This document shows positions 62,916 through 64,000 of a stretch of DNA of 64,000 nt, one piece after another. The first letter of the stretch is position 1; every line of letters starts with the position of its first letter. The notes under the pieces were generated by a model that worked only from the letters and a program-made list of their open reading frames with translations, did no database searches and was not told the DNA's origin. A program made the position numbers and the translations under genes. Source of the stretch: Mustelus asterias (taxonomy: Eukaryota); contig NW_027590177.1 of assembly GCF_964213995.1 (NCBI RefSeq), positions 310,001-374,000 of the forward strand. The letters are read 5' to 3'.

Positions 62916-63098
62916 ATCACATGTGAACTCTCTGGTGTGACAGACGGCTGGATGGACGATTGAATCCTTTGCCACACACAGGGCAGGTGAACGGCTTCTC
63001 CCCAGAATGGACTCGCTGGTGTTTTCTCAAATTTGTCCTGGTTTTAAAGCTCTTCTTACAGTCAGAACATTGAAATGGCCTCTCACCTGTGTGAATAT
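62916..63098 (-). pseudogene. Last two fingers and stop of a ZNF whose 5' part is missing
   Basis: Minus strand reads [60 protein letters not shown], followed by the family 3' UTR at 62800-62915. Confidence 0.8.
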
Positions 63099-63275
63099 GT
63101 TTAAATCACGGATAGATGGATTCCTGATCGGTAAGAGAATTAGGGGTTATAGGGATCAGGTGGGTCAGTGGAACTGATGCACTTCAGATCAGCCATGATC
63201 TTATTGAATGGCGGGGCAGGCTCGAGGGGCTAGATGGCCTACTCCTGCTCCTATTTCTTATGTTCTTAGGTTCTT
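63096..63275 (+). mobile_element. CR1 3' end, same young family as 30116-31936
   Basis: Closely matches 31758-31936. Confidence 0.9.
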
Positions 63276-64000
63276 AATGATTGATTCTAACATCTTCCCC
63301 ACAACAAATGTCTATCGGACTGGCCTAAATTTCCTGTCTTATGCCACCATCCGCTCTTGAATTAGAGGGCTTATATTTGCTACTTTCCAGTCTGATGGAA
63401 CCTCTCCAGAATCTAGGGAACTTTGGAAAATTAACACCAACAAATCTACTGTCACTATCTCATTAACCACCTTCTTAAGATGTTCGGCTGAATTCCATCG
63501 TGACCCAGAGACTTGTCAGCTGCAGCTCCATCAGTTTGCTCAGTATAGCTTCCCACGTCATTGTAATTTCTCCTAGTTCCTCTCTCCCTTCCACCTCCTG
63601 ATTTACAGCTAGGACTGGCTGGTTTTGTATTTTCAATAGTGAAGACAGAAACAAAGATTTGTTTATTTCATTGGCCATTTATTATCTATTATTACTCCCC
63701 ATTCTCATTCTCCAGAGAACCAACACTCACCTTATTCCTCTTTTCCTTTTCGAATACCTCTAGAAACTCTTGCTCTTCATTTTTACATGAACAGCTAACT
63801 TCCTCTCATACTCTAATGTTTTTCTTCCAATTAACCTTTTAGTCATTCTCTGCTGTTCTTTATATTCCAGCCAATCATCTGACCTGCCACTCACCTCTGT
63901 GTAGCTATATGCTTTTCCCTTAAGTTTGATGCTTTGAGGAAGAAGGAGACAGGGAGATGGAGAGCCCTTCAAAAGGAACTATTTAAAAATAATAATAATT

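Overview
Vertebrate genomic DNA, almost certainly from a cartilaginous fish, judging by HE1/V-SINEs, SacSINE-like SINEs, shark-type CR1 tails and a 69-bp shark-like satellite. The window is a dense tandem C2H2 zinc-finger (ZNF) gene cluster. It holds about 10 ZF-array ORFs, each encoded in one exon with 4-14 fingers, plus about 5 pseudogenes or remnants. These sit among CR1, Rex1/Babar, L2, Penelope, SINE and decayed LTR elements. None of the ZNFs shows KRAB, SCAN or BTB, and in nearly all of them an in-frame stop lies just upstream of the ATG, so they appear to be 'naked' finger arrays. All ten carry a signature first finger (W-K-C..C...P-S-x-L-E-x-H), and many carry a conserved atypical finger pair. 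The genes seem assembled from interchangeable parts: two CpG-island promoter cassettes (NRF1/YY1 and GC-box/CRE/CCAAT), often serving head-to-head pairs, and two ZF-exon types. One exon type has a 5' leader made of dead fingers and an ATG created from a TGEKP linker. Some ZF exons have no promoter of their own and may be alternative terminal exons. Other notable items are a 7x tandem array of the ZF exon splice acceptor, palindromic Penelope insertions carrying minimal hammerhead ribozyme motifs next to promoters whose partner gene is dead, a young CR1 RT ORF, a structured CR1-tailed short element and a tRNA-Val pseudogene. All calls were made by eye with no database searches; TE boundaries are approximate.
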